Shown in pieces: positions 37,391 to 50,785 of a stretch of 64,000 nt of DNA. The notes under the pieces were generated by a model. It did not search any database, was not told where the DNA came from, and saw only the letters and a list, made by a program, of their open reading frames with translations. Source of the stretch: Lama glama. Taxonomy: Eukaryota. The stretch spans positions 38,628,001 through 38,692,000 of the forward strand of contig CM052817.1 of the NCBI GenBank assembly GCA_028534125.1, read 5' to 3'. How positions within the stretch are numbered: the stretch's first letter is position 1; each line of letters opens with the position of its first letter. The translations under genes were made by a program, and so were the position numbers.

Positions 37391-37638
37391 TGCAGAATTA
37401 AGTCCTGTACAGGAAACCTAGCTAATGCCTAGGAAATAGAATATGAATATAGCATTTAGTTATTCCCATTTATTTTGCATTGAAGAAATCTCTGCAGTGA
37501 CAGTTTCCTAAGAAATATTTTGCAAATGCTGTAAAATAACATTGAAGGAATCTGCTTCTTAAGGAAATAGAATAAGTGAAAACATTTTGTAATTACTTAT
37601 GCTTTTGTGTATTGTAAAATGATTTATTGATCTCTCAG

Positions 37639-37666
37639 GGCTGTGAACTAAAATCAGCAGGGCTAA
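37639..37666 (+). other. Candidate 28-nt micro/poison exon
   Basis: ttgatctctcag|GGCTGTGAACTAAAATCAGCAGGGCTAA|gtgagt in a repeat-free block. Confidence 0.3.
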
Positions 37667-38295
37667 GTGAGTATTTATAGCCTGGATGCTTTTGTTTTTG
37701 ATGTAGCTTACAGGAATTTGTTTTATTTTAAAAATTCTTTGATCAGTTTATCTTTGTTCTTTTATAAAGTTTTGCAGTTTGACAGTAAGAAACAATATCT
37801 AACTTAGAGAGTTAAGGACTATTAATATGTTATCCAATTGGAATTTTTATTTTTGATGAATTGGGAAATGGTGGATGGAATCAACCAAGAGAATCTATCA
37901 TTAGCACTATGTATTGGTAAGAACTTCATTAAGAATCTGATTATCTTTTCACCAAAAGACTAAAATGATTTTCCCTTCCCCTATTATTTACAAAATCTAA
38001 AGAGGTACACAGCTTTGTAAGCTCAAAGATCTCTAAGCATGTTTCCCAGTGTAATATAAGATAGGTCAAACACTTCCATGTTTGGCTATCATTTAATTCT
38101 TTAAGCAGTATGTAAGGAGAGTAAATTAAACAACTTTCTTGCATGTAAAAGTTCTTGCTGTTCTATTAGCTTTGTATTTACATGCTTAGATTAGACCTAT
38201 AGGAATCCAAGAAAAGAACCCATCTATAAACTGAATTGATCTTTGATAGTCCCTCTCTGTCATTCTCTTCCCCCTCCCCCCAACACAGAGTCAAG

Positions 38296-38296
<1 letters not shown>

Positions 38297-38340
<44 letters not shown>

Positions 38341-38494
38341 CTAAAGTACAGTCAGTTACAATGTGTCAGTTTCTGGTGTACAGCACAATGTCCCAGTCAT
38401 GCATATACATACATATGTTTGTTTTCATATTCTTTTTCATTAAAGTTTGCTACAAGATACTGAACATAGTTCCCTGTGCTATACAGTAGAAACT
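38297..38494 (-). mobile_element. Short young L1 3'-end insertion with a (TAAA)n tail
   Basis: (TTTA)n at 38298-38340, then 'aagtacagtcagttacaatgtgtcagtttctggtgtacagc...tccctgtgctatacag'; TSD tcaaga (38291-38296 / 38495-38500). Confidence 0.9.
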
Positions 38495-38599
38495 TCAAGA
38501 TTTTTAAATTAAAGTTTAAAGAACAAATGTTACTTGTAAAAAGACAATGTGGTAATTAAAACAGAACTTTCTGTGGGACAAGGAGACTATGCTGAGACT

Positions 38600-39625
38600 T
38601 ATTTAATTTTCAGTACTTCTTTTCAGTTTTTTTTCTCTTCCTTCTTGATTTAGAGTCCGTCAATTCTCCTAGGAGCCCTGGTCCTTTTAGTGGGGAATGC
38701 GAAATGATAGTCAGAACCAAGACCTGGAGACTCTGTTGGTACATTGCTACTTGGTGTTTTTACTTCTGGGTCCTGTGAGGGGACAAAGCTAGAAAATAAT
38801 ATGTATCTTTATACATACACATGTATGTATGCATATACACATTTGTAGGCATATGCTCCTGTAACATGGATATGTTTGAATCCAGATGAGTTCACACTGA
38901 TTTCTCATTCCGTATCAATGAGATCACCATCATTCTTCGGTGTGTATGTATACCAGTTTATTCATCCTGTCTTCTGTGTTTGGCTATCCAGGTAATATTT
39001 TGCAGTTTTAGAGTGCTGCAGTGAATAAGCTTGTGCATATGTTTTTTTCTGCTGTTGGAGGTATATCTTCAGGATTAATCTAGGAAGTGAGTTTACTGTG
39101 TCAGAGGGTAAATGGATATGTAGTTTTGCTCGATGTTACCAAATTCCCTTTCTCTGGGGTTGTACTGTTTTGCCTTCCCACCAACAATGTATGAGAGTGC
39201 CTCTGTTTCCACAGCCTTATCAAGAGAGTATATGGTCAAGCTTTTGGAATTTTGCCAATCTAAAGTGCAATGAATTAGTATCGCAGTGTAGTTTTAATAT
39301 GCATTTTTCTTATGAGTTGAGTTTATATCTTTCCCATCTATAAGAGCCAAATATACATAGGTGAGCCTATCTATTATGTGTCTTCTTCCATTATGATTTT
39401 TGGTCTTTTTTCCTTCAGTTTGTAAGATCTTTGTATATTAGGAGTATTAGCTCTTCATCTGTAATATATATTTAGAAATATATTCTCCCAGTGTTTTCAT
39501 TTGTCTTTTGATTTTGCTTATGATATCATTTCACCATTCAAAGATTTTTAAAAAGTTTATTATGTAGTCAATTTTATTAATGATTTCTATTTTTGCCCTG
39601 GCATTTTGAGTTATAGTTAGAAGAC
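38600..39625 (-). mobile_element. Ancient L1MC/ME fragments
   Basis: 'ggagccctggtccttttagtgggga', 'cccaccaacaatgtatgagagtgcct' and 'tttgtcttttgattttgcttatg'. Confidence 0.7.
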
Positions 39626-41841
39626 ATAATGAATTTGAAATGAATTTGCCGTATTTAGCAGTGAAGGAATGAGGTAAGCATCTATACCAGAGAAATGGAG
39701 ATAATTCTCTGCTCTATTTCTCACTGACCCACAATTTTACATTTTAAAGCCTGAACCATAATAATCTATTTCATATATAGAAAATGCCAATTGTTTATTT
39801 TACTTTTAACTTTTTATTGCAGAAAATTTCAAATATCCATAAGATTAACAGTTATATTACCTATCATATAGCTTTAGTGTAGCTTTTAAAGCCACTGTGC
39901 CAAATGACCTAGATTTATAGGTTTTCAGTTACTGTGAATCATCTTTGTAAAGAGGAAACTTTGGACTAGACTTGTAGGCTTTGGCCAACTGGCCTCCCAA
40001 GCTCTCTGACCTCTTTTCAACGATTTTGACACCAGCCATGACCCCTTTCAGGCTTCTGTAACTTCACCAACTCCACAAATACGAAGTGATTAGAAAAAAG
40101 GTGAGAAAGATAATAGATCAGAGACTTAACAGTGTTGCCATGGATCAGTGAAATAACTCAAAAGAGGTCCAGTAGACTAATACACTAAAAGTTACATCTT
40201 TTATGTCAGGTCAAAGTAATCTCTCTTTAGTGTATACATATGTAATTGTATGTTGTATGTATGTTTTCCATGGTTCAATGTTATTAGAATAGAACCAGCA
40301 AACATCTTTTATCAGTGAATCTCAGAACATAACTTCCACACATTTGCTAGCCAGAATCTGAACATAACACGGAAAACACTGAAAAATTCTAATTTGCTTA
40401 ATAGGATTTTCTTTGTAGTGCAGTTATTTTAAACTGAAATTATACTGCTTTCATTTGATGGCCTCCATGGAAATTGTTTTATTAATTCAGTGTATTCATT
40501 TCAGTTTATCAAGAGTCCAGTGATTAGTTTGAAAGAATGACTAGAGATCACAAGAGCTCTGGGATTTCTTTGTTTTGTTTTGTTTTTAAGGCCTGTATTC
40601 TATTTGGAACAGCATTCTTGATACATTGAAATCTACCTGAAGTAGAACATTAGAGTTTTAGTAGCTTTCCCTCCTCCCTAAGTAGATGCCAGCCAGGCAT
40701 TTGCCAATAGCTATATGCTGAGAATATCAGTATTCTTTTGAAAATAACTTTAACAGAGGCAGGAAGGAAAATCAGTGACTTCTCCATCTAATGAGTGTAA
40801 ATAATTTGCATAAGTTAAGTCCACATTTGATTTCCTTTTCTCACTGAAGATAGCAGTGGTAGTGATCATGTCAAGACAGAAAGCTTGCTGGCAAGAAGTG
40901 GATGGAGAGGACTGGTATGATCACAGGGGAATGTTGCTGCGTATGTCTATAGTCACTTTTTCCTGTGCCCATTTCTGTGCACTTGTCTGGATGGACTAAA
41001 TGTTACCTTTTTCATGTATTTTGCAATTCCTGACTTGTCATTTTTGTGTCTATTTTGCTTTACTTTATCATAATGTTCACCCCTTTTCTAAAATTAGAGC
41101 TTGTTCACAAAAGAGATGCTTTTCTCATAGCTATCCAGCGTGATGATAAAACATATTCTTGTGATTAATATCTTACCCCTAAATATATGACATGGCTCTA
41201 CTATTGTGGATTGGGAACATCAAATGTGATTTCAAGATTGAGTTTATTATTAAACAGAGATTCTTTATTAGTTTTTGAAAGTAGCAGCATTCTTGATTGA
41301 TTTTAGAAAACAGCATAGTGAGCAACTGGTTTTGTGCTGTTTGCCAAAAAGCATGTAAGACATTTTCTCCCAGTTCCTGTTAATTGAGGTCTGCACACTT
41401 AAAGTTTCTACTACCAAGAAGTTCTACAGTTTTGATTATTAAGTTTAAATGCATATATTTTTTCTTGGGAATCTCATTTTTAGACAAGTTTAAAGAGAGA
41501 GTTCTATATGTGGAAATAGAAACAAAGTAAAAATAGACAACTAAAACCTTCATGCCTGCAATGAACTTGCCTTTTATTTCCTTGCAGTGTTTCTGAGTTG
41601 AGCTTGTCTTTAATGCCAAGTTCTTTCTATAAAAACAAAAATCCCTTCATCTAGATTAGTTTACAAGCTTTTTTTTTTTCAGTTATGCCAATGGAATTGG
41701 ATGTTTGATTTTAATGTTGGCTATATACCTTGAAGGTAGTACTGTATCAGCTTCTATTGATCTGAAATTTTTGTTGTGAGAGGCTTTAGGTCTAATTAAA
41801 TTCTTTGTTTCAGGAATAATATTCAATCTTAAATGCTTTAA

Positions 41842-43194
41842 TTTTTTAAAATTGTGGTAAAGTACATTACCTAAAATTTACCATTTTAACCATTTTAAGT
41901 GTATAATTTCATGACATTATATATATTCCAAATGTTGTGTAACCACTGTCTATTTCTAGAACTTTTTATTGTCCCAAAACAGAAACTCTATCCACTAGGC
42001 AATAATTTCCCATTCTCCTTTCTTCTGGCCCTTGGTAACCTCTATTTCTGTCTCTACAGAATGTCCATAATCTAGATATTTCGATCTGACTTATTTCACT
42101 GAGTATGTTTTCAAGGTTCGCTCCATGTTGCAGCGTGTATCAGACCTCTGTTCCTTTTTATGGCTGAATAATACTCCACTTTGTATATATACCACATTTT
42201 GTTGATTCATTAATCAATTGATGGCCACTCTAGTTATTTCTAACTCTTGTGAAAACTGCTGCTATGAACATTGGTGTACAAGTACCTGTAAGAGTCTCTG
42301 CTTTCAGTTCTGCTGGATGTACACATATATATATGCCACAGGAGTGGAATTGCTGAGTCATAAAGTTAACTCTATGGTTAACTTTGAGGAACTGCCATAC
42401 TGTTTTCCACAGTAGCTGTACCGTTTCAAATTATCATCAACACTACACAAGGATTCCAATGGTTCCGCATCTTTGCCAGTGTTATTTTTTGATAATAGCC
42501 ATCCTAGTGGATGTGAAGCAGTTTCTCATTTGTGGTTTTGATGTGCATTTTCTTGATGACTAATAGTATTGAGCGTTTTTTTTCATGTGCTTATTGACTG
42601 TACATCATCTTCGGTGAAATGTCTATTCAGATCCTTTGCCTGTTTTTTAAATTGTGTTGTCTTTTTGATGTTCTTTATATATTCTGGATGTTAAACCCTA
42701 CTCAGAGATATGATTTGTGGATATTTTCCCCTTTCTGTGGGTTGTCTTTGCACTCCCTTGATAATGCCCTTTGATGCACAAAAGTATTTAATTTTTATGA
42801 AGTGCAATTTATCTTTTTTTCCTTTTGATATCTGTGGTTTTCGTGTCATCTTTAAGAAATCATCTTCAAATCCAAGGTCATGAAGAATTGCTCTTAGGGT
42901 TTCTTGTAACAATTTCATAGTTTTAGCTTTCAAATTAGGTCTGTGATCTATTTTAAGTTTATTTTTGTGTGTGGTGTAAGGTAAGGGTTCAACTTCATTT
43001 TTTTGCATGTGGGGTTTCCAGTTTCCCATCACCTTTTTTTTTTTTTTAATTCCTTTCCCCATTTAATAGTCTTGAACTCCTTGTTGAAAATCAACTGGGC
43101 ATATATGTGAGGGTTTATTTTTGTGCTCTCTATTCTGTTTATTTAGTCTACACATCCATACTTATGCCAGAACAATGTTGTTTTGATTACTATA
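41842..43194 (-). mobile_element. L1MB-like element, 5'-truncated
   Basis: ORF 42691-43062 is ORF2-like (LHDLGFEDDFL, DKLHFIKIKYFCASK); 13-bp TSD ttaaatgctttaa (41829-41841) / ttaaatgttttaa (43195-43207). Confidence 0.9.
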
Positions 43195-44251
43195 TTAAAT
43201 GTTTTAACTATTTTATCATTCTTAATGTGTGCCTTTAAAAATGTTTCTAATATATATCTTCAAATTTTGCATTTAATGTTTTCATTTAATTGACAGTACT
43301 CCAGAAAGAACTGCAAGTATCAACTTTATAATGAGTTCTTTTGGAGTTAGGATACCAGGAAAATTAGTATTAAAGCAAGCAAATTTGGGGTTATTTAATT
43401 AAATTGCACTTTCTTTGGAAATTAGAGGGAAAAGCATGAACACACACACACACACACAAACATTAATTGTACTTGCTCACAGAAAGAATAAAAAGAATGA
43501 GAAAGACCAATTATTCACAAAGTCCGTTAAGTGATCTTTTAATTTCATGTTAAGTGTCACTTTTATTTTAGTTCTGGAAGTAATCTATTTAATGAAACTC
43601 TTCAGGAATTTCAAAAAAGAAAATATTGATATTTTGTGAGAAACATTTTCAATAAGGAGCTAGTAATGGCAGATTCTTAATTATTAAACCAGATCTGAAT
43701 GACTGTTTATTGGGCTTTTTTGATGTTACAAATATCTAACGTAATGTTACGTCTTTTCAGACTGCAACAAAGATTAGAAAATTAGAACATCAGCTGTTAT
43801 TTTTCTTTCTCTGTTGATATGCAAATTTTATTTTTGTTACTTTCTTCCCAGTAGGTTTGTATTCCCTCTCCTTAAAAGATTATTTCCCCGAATATTTTAA
43901 CTGTAGTCCTTAAATAAATTATTTGGGATTTAGAACTATGATGTAAAAATATTTTGTAACAAGAATAGTGCGTTATAAATTAAAGGCAAAAGCCTCTAAG
44001 AAACTAAGTTTAAATTTTTTAAAGTTTGTTATATATTAATCAGTTCTGTCCCGTGAAACAATACATAAAAAAGATAGTCCCTCCCCAATAACTCAAATTT
44101 TGCTTTCACTTTTTTCTAATAGAGTTCATAGGTTTTAAAACATTATATAATGGCCAGTCTTGTTTTATCTGTATCTTCACACACTTATTCTACCCTTGCA
44201 TTATTTTGAAACAAATCCCAGACATCACCTCATCAGTAAATATTTTAGTAG

Positions 44252-44254
<3 letters not shown>

Positions 44255-44289
<35 letters not shown>
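44255..44289. repeat. (TG)n microsatellite
   Basis: Seen directly. Confidence 0.95.
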
Positions 44290-44291
<2 letters not shown>

Positions 44292-44324
44292 GAACAGAAA
44301 CTGCTAGCATATAGTTTAGGGCAA

Positions 44325-44445
44325 ATCCATTCAGTAAACAGTTTTTGAATTTCTGCTACAGCCTGGGTGCAGTGGGCTCAGTGGGAGGGATAGAAGAATG
44401 TTTAAGACATGATCTCTGTCCTGAAGGAGCTTACTTTATAGCTTA
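44325..44445 (-). mobile_element. L2 3' end
   Basis: 'ccattcagtaaacagtttttga...aagacatgatctctgtcctgaaggagcttac'. Confidence 0.6.
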
Positions 44446-44989
44446 GAGCCAGTTCTTAGGTTGAACATTTATGGGGACTGAAGTCCTGAAGAATTTGAGT
44501 GCAGTCTTAGAAAAACAAAATAGAACTCTTGAGCCAAGTAAGAACAGTGTGTTGTATTCTGACATACCTGACTCATGTACTCAAGGAGAGGTAATACAGT
44601 ATCCTTTTAGTCTTTTTATCTTAAAAGGGAAAAAGTAGAACTGTACTTGATATCAGCAATAAAAAATGTTAGAAATATACAAAGAGTTGAGCTTATCAGT
44701 TGTAAATGACTTAAGATTTTAGATTAGGTGAATTAAGATGATGGAAAACCACTTATGCCTTCATCACATTGACTTTACAGCTGCCCCTTTTTCTTAAGCA
44801 CAGTTGTAACTTTAAAATTCATTCTCATTTTCAGAATGTGCTGGTGGTTTTTTTTTTTTAATTTAGAAGATAGGTATTATATACCAAGTAAGATTTTTCT
44901 TTTATTTGTTTGAAATATCTTTATATTAGTGTAATTTTCATTTTTTAGAGGTTTGAGATATTGATGACATTTAATTTCAAGTACAGTCA

Positions 44990-45605
44990 CAGGGTTCTGT
45001 TCTTATACCATCTTAATATCTATGGATTTCATCTACTCCTTTTTGTCCTTGTTGCTAACATTTTTCAGGCCATCATTCTACCTAAACTGAAAGGCTGCAA
45101 TTTTCTCTTAACTGTCTGGATTAAAGAAAGCTCCTTTGGAGCCCTTTTCCACACTGCAGCAAGAATCCTCTTTGTAGAATGCAATCTGATTTTCTTAACT
45201 CTGCTTTTTGAAATTCTCAGTGTCTCCCACTGACTTTTATAGATAAAGCTCAGAGTATGGCGTATAACACATTCTTTACCCAACTGGTGTTCGTATCCCC
45301 AGCCCCTTCCTATGTCATCTCTCACACTTTCCTCACTCCTTACATGTAGATATTTATACTCACATCCACTCTTGGCCTCCTGCAACAGCTTCTCATCTTC
45401 CCCTTCCTTCTTTTGAAATCTGATACTGTGTGCTATACAGGTAGGGTCTTGTATTTACCTTCTTAAAGCACTTTTATTGTATTACCAGGCTATTTAATTT
45501 TATCTCCTCTATGATAGATGTAGTATCTTATTTGTCCTCTGTGTTTATGGGGCTGGTGACTGGGACGTAATAGGCACAGACTGGTATTTATTGAGTGAAT
45601 GAATG
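44990..45605 (+). mobile_element. L2 3' fragment
   Basis: 'ccacactgcagcaaga', 'gcaatctgat' and the terminus 'tatttattgagtgaatgaatg'. Confidence 0.7.
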
Positions 45606-46076
45606 TGTGTTAGTTACCTATTGCTGTGATATAACTTACCCTAAAGCTTTTAAAAGACAAACATTTATTATCTTAGAGTTTCTGTGGGTCAGGCACTCAG
45701 GAGTGGTTGAGCTGAGTGGTTCTAGAATCTCTCATGAGGTTGTAGGCATGAAGATTTGGTCAGGCCATTGAAGGCTTGCCTGGGGCTCAAGCATCCTTCC
45801 AGGTAGCTCCCTCACATGGCTGTTAACGGAAGTCCTGCCAACAGGAAGCATCAGTTCCTACTGATGTGGACCCTGGGGCTACTTGAGTATCCTCATGACA
45901 TGGAAGTCAACGTCTTTCAGAGCAAATGATCCAAGAGAACAAGAAGAAGCCACTTTATGACATGGTCACTGCCACTGTATTCTGTTATGCCACTAAACTT
46001 AACTCAGTTAAGTAGAGACTTAACTTTGAAGTGAAGAGTATCAAAGAATTTGTGGATATGTTTTGTAACTACCACA
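45606..46076 (-). mobile_element. MLT1G/H-like solo LTR
   Basis: TG...CA termini ('tgtgttagttacctattgctg' ... 'taactaccaca'); perfect 5-bp TSD gaatg (45601-45605 / 46077-46081). Confidence 0.85.
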
Positions 46077-46529
46077 GAATGGAACAGTAATTTATGATTC
46101 TTCCTTGGACCCAACCAAAATAGGTCATTTTTCCTTTTTATGAAATACATTTGTCCAGGTGAAAACAAATTTAAAAATTATGATTTTATTAAAATATTTT
46201 ACTTATTCTTGATGATACAGAATAACTAGATTGCACATAAATACAATTATTTAAATGAGCTAATTATCTAAATATTTCAAATTTTATTGCAGCTTTTTCA
46301 CTTAGATTCTGGAAATAAAATAAGAAAGTCATCTAAGTTTTATATTGTCTGTAAAATGAATGATACACAGAATTCATGGCTTTGATGTTTATTGCAGGTC
46401 TTCAAAAATCTGTGAGCTATATTTTCACACTTTTAAGAGAGAAAATGATAATCTTTTAAACTTAGTAGCTTAAAACAGTTCAAGTTAATTATATAAAAAC
46501 GAGTCTTTTAGCCTAATATATGTAAGTTG

Positions 46530-47475
46530 CTCATTCAAGAAAAATTGGAGTTCCTAATGTGTGCCAGATATTTTACTAGGTACTGGGTATGTGTTAATGA
46601 ATAGAATAGGCATATTTTTGTCCACTGGGAGTTCATCTGATAGAGAGCAGATAATAAACAGATAAATAGATATCTGTGGAGGAAATGAAGAAAGTGAAGT
46701 GACAGAGGACTATAGGAAGACAGAAATACTTCCACATTGTTAGAAAAAGCTTGTCAGGGGAAATGACCTTGAAGCTGAAAACTGAAGGAGTTTTCCCTGC
46801 CAGGAGCTTACAGGAAAAGGGAACGCCCTGCAGTGTGAACAGTTGGTGTATGAGTAGTTGAAATGATGCCTGGAGATGTCCAGGAGGAGAATGGAATGAA
46901 GTTTGAGAGGTAGAAAAAGACCATATTATCTTGAGTTTAAGAGGCCATGATAAAGAGTATGGATTTTATTCGGCATATTGGAAGCCATTGTAGGCTTTAG
47001 GTTGCAATTTGTGCTAGCCACACACACACACACAAATTAAAAAAAAAAAAGCTTTTTGCCTGCAAAAGAGAAAAAGAAATCAAGGAAGTGAGTAAATGGT
47101 AAGGAGGCTATTATAGCAGTCCACATGAACAACAATGGCAGCCTGTTCTAGAATGTTGGGAGAGAAGAGGACAGATTTGAGATGTAGTTTGTAGGTAGAC
47201 CCAGTGGGACAATACTCAGAGTTTTGGCTTAAGCAGACTGGTGAATGCTAATATCCTTAAACGAGGTTGGAGCTCAGTGAGAATGGAGATCAGGTTTATT
47301 TTTGATAATGTTAAGTTTGTGATGTCTACAAGTCATTGAGTGGACATGTCTGATGGCAGACAGTTATGCAGTCCTGGAGCTCAGAGATTTGAGAGGAGAT
47401 ATACTGATGGTAAAGTTGTGCGATGGATGTGATCCTTTTAAGGAGGGAATGCCCTAGGAACTCCAGCTTTCAGAA
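46530..47475 (-). mobile_element. L2 3' portion
   Basis: 'tcattcaag...tgtgtgccag', 'ccatgataaagagtatggattttatt' and 'aatgttaagtttgtgatgtct'. Confidence 0.75.
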
Positions 47476-47609
47476 TTTGCGTATGTGGGTAACAGTCTTG
47501 CTTTACTTTGTTTAAAAGAAAAAAAGAAGACAAAACTGCAACACAGTAAGTTTGGTTTATTTCTATCTAATATATATCAAAGGCACGTATGCTTTTTTTT
47601 TTTTCAGTT

Positions 47610-47835
47610 TGACAGTAGTGTGGTATATGAGAAAGAAGTTATCTCCATCCAGCCACTTGTTGAATGAATAACTAAACCACTTACCAGCTGTGTGACTGGA
47701 ATTTTACCTCTCTGAGCCTCAGTTTCCTTATCTGCTAAGGGGAGTAAGAGGAGAGTTGTTTTGAAGATTAAATGAATTAACTTATCTAAAATGCCTAGGA
47801 CAGTGTCTAGTACATAGTAAATACTCAATATTGTA
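47610..47835 (+). mobile_element. MIR
   Basis: 'ccacttaccagctgtgtgac...cctctctgagcctcagtttccttatctg...tacatagtaaatactcaata'. Confidence 0.85.
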
Positions 47836-48810
47836 TTTTCCTTTTCCTTGCTCTTAATTTGTTTATGTGTGTGGCTGTGAGCAGGGAAGTCATTCTGAAA
47901 TGATTGTTATATTCAGTGCTATTCCCCTCATTCTCATATGGTGTTAGAGAGAAAGACAGACATAGACTTACAACATGCTCATTTTCTGTCCTGCTTTTCT
48001 CACACTGTCGTAACTCTGCTGCCTTCAAAAAGGTTATCTCTTAAGTAATGAAACACAAAGATAAAGGTTTGTTTTGGAATATGTTTGAAATCTAATAAGC
48101 AGAAGAATGAAATTAAAAAACAGTATTGTAAAAATTTCTACTCTTATGTATTAAAGCTTTGTAATTATTAATACAGAATTCTCAATTACATATTATATTG
48201 TTTATTGTCAGATACTAAATTGGATAATCTAATACTTTGAGGACAAAGATAAAGTATTAAATTTGAAGCTATGAAGTCTGCTTCTAATTCGTCCTTTCCC
48301 TCCCTCCCTCCTTCAATCTCTTTGTCTCTTCCCCTCCCTCCCCCTCTCCCTCCAGTTGAAAGCAGTGACTCAAACAAACTCTCTTCATATATGCCCTGCT
48401 GTGGAAAATACTCTAAAAGTGTTCCATTACTTTGAAGTATATGGTCATGTGTTTAATATCAAAGGGAAAACATTCATTCTACATGTAATATTACTGTGGT
48501 TTTTTTTTTTTTCTGTTACCCGAATGTACCCAGTACAGCTACCAATGTTTTGGAAAGACCAATATGCATTGTACATTAGGGCTTATGGTGGACCTCCTTA
48601 TCTACTGCCTTACATGTGGGACAGCCTGCAAACCTTAGTCCTTTGTTCTCTATTAATATTTCTTGGTTTTTATAGATATTGGCAAAGTGTTACAGAGAAA
48701 CCCCTTGTCCTTTCAAGTACCCTGTGATAAAGTGGAAAATCCCACTTGGTAGATTTATCACATCCCTGTTAGCTTTCGTTTATGAATTTGTATCATTGTA
48801 GAATGATATA

Positions 48811-48992
48811 CTATATTTCATCAATTCTAAGATACACTTTTTTCTCATTTGCAGAATTTTGAAACTAGAATCATCTTGCAATAGATACAATAGTAAGTTA
48901 TTGTGTTTTTTTTTAATTTGCAGTGTTTTTCTTGATGGTACATAAAATAATAAGTCTTACTACTGATGGTAACTTGGATTTGATGAAATTTG
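48811..48992. mobile_element. MER104-like Tc2/mariner MITE
   Basis: TIRs 'ctatatttcatcaattctaagat' / 'aacttggatttgatgaaatttg', flanked by TA on both sides. Confidence 0.7.
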
Positions 48993-49127
48993 TAGCCCTT
49001 CAGCTGTAAATCTCTAGCTATAGAACACATTTGATATTAATTAATGCTTATATAAAGTAAGAATCTATTTTTTTAAGGTCAGATCATGTTTTTTACATTT
49101 GTTTTCTACTTGATGTTAAGTATAACA

Positions 49128-49336
49128 TAGAGGTCAGCAAACTTTTTCTGCAAAGGGCCACAAAGTAAATATATTAGGCTTTGAGGGCCACACAATCTCT
49201 GTTGCAGCTATTCAGCTCTGCACAAAAGCCACCTTAGACAATACAAATGAGCATAGTTATGGTCCAATAAAACTTTATTTACAAAAACAGGCTGCAGGCC
49301 AAATTTGACCCATGAGATGTAGTTTGCCAATCCACA
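49128..49336. mobile_element. MER58A-like hAT-Charlie MITE
   Basis: 'ggtcagcaaactttttctgcaaagggcc...ccaataaaactttatttacaaaaacagg...agtttgccaatcc'. Confidence 0.85.
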
Positions 49337-49789
49337 GTGGAACATTTTAATGGTCAAAATCACTTCTCAATTCACTCCCCAAAATACTTCTGGATTATCT
49401 GTGGGCCTTTGCCCACATATTGTGTGCCTAAAGTGTTCTTCTTGTTCCTGTCAATTGCCTGATCTATTGCGTATGTTACGCTTACCTAGATCAAGGACAT
49501 CCAGAAGATAGTTAACGAACGAGAAGATAGTTCATCTGTCTCTGTGTCAATGCTCTTTGGTTCAGATTTGTTACCCACTTTAACAAATGACTTTCCTGTT
49601 TGTGGTTTGTTTGTTATTCTGTAGATAAGCTAAGATCAGTGAAAAACTATTAACGATTAATGAGTCAGATTGTTTCATATTGTGCTTGAGAAGAATAGTT
49701 TGTTTTTTTAATGCAATCCTCTGTCTCGATTGTCAGAATTGGTACCAGAAAGACAGCTATATTGGGATATGCTAATAAAGGTGAATCTG

Positions 49790-49990
49790 AGAGGTAGCAC
49801 AATGAAGTAACTAAGAGTACTAACTCTCGAGCCAGACGGCCTGACTAAATCTGGGCTCTGCCACTTACTAGGCTTGTGAACTTGGGCTAGTTGCTTAACT
49901 TCTTTATGCCTCAATTTCCTCTTCTGTAAAATGTGGATAATAATAATACTTATCTCATAGGACTATTTTGAATATTAAATGAGTGAGTAC
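49790..49990 (+). mobile_element. MIR
   Basis: 'ggctctgccacttactagg...cctcaatttcctcttctgtaaaatgtggataataata'. Confidence 0.85.
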
Positions 49991-50702
49991 CCAGAACTTG
50001 TCTTAAGTGTCATAAATAAAAATATGATTTCAAGCATAAGGTATGTGATACTTAGAAGTAATTCCATTACTATTTAATTAAGTCAGAATATTTGCCACTT
50101 AAAATGATACATAAAACGCTTATAATGAGTAGTATTTTCTCCTTTTCACTATGGCTCTATTGAAACTACCAGTGTTTTCTCTGTGTTTACCTCCATGGCA
50201 ACATTCAGTATCTGGTTCTTAGTGAATGTTAATTAAATGAATGGGAATTTGTATTTTTGTTTCAAGGTGCTAATTGTCCAATTATCTTCCTAAATTTTAT
50301 AAAACCCATCTTTTGTCTGATTTAGAGAAAGTGTGGTCTGCTGCTTGTTGAAAAACATTTTATATTTTACTGTAAACTAAAATAATCTATTCTTAAAGCC
50401 TTTCTGTAAACCATCATTTCCCTAATTTTCGATGCCTCTTAATGGTATTTCTGATAGAGAATGCTACAACTGGATATAAATATTTAATTTTTGTTCAATC
50501 TCAGAATAGGCTGGGTTAATAACTGACATATTAAATTGGCTATGAAAAAACTTGACTAGTTCATTGCATAGCCATCTTGGCTTCAGGTTTTCTTAGTAAG
50601 CCATAACTTGTGAGATACAAATTTTTCAGTTTTTAATGATAAGAGAAAATGCCTCTCCTGTAATATTTCTATACTCACTTGTATTTTCTTTTTATAACTA
50701 CC

Positions 50703-50785
50703 GTTAGGTTTAACCTTATAAAATTGCTGATACTCTCCCCTTTCTGACCTAACAAAAATGGCATTTCATTTGACTCAACCTAATA
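50703..50785. mobile_element. MADE2-like ~80-bp mariner-derived palindromic MITE
   Basis: Inverted arms 'ttaggtttaaccttataaaattgc' and 'gcatttcatttgactcaacctaa'. Confidence 0.75.

Noticed and set aside
48356..48727. 123-aa hydrophobic ORF
   Set aside because: Non-ATG start, hydrophobicity explained by T-rich DNA, and no recognisable homology or splice context
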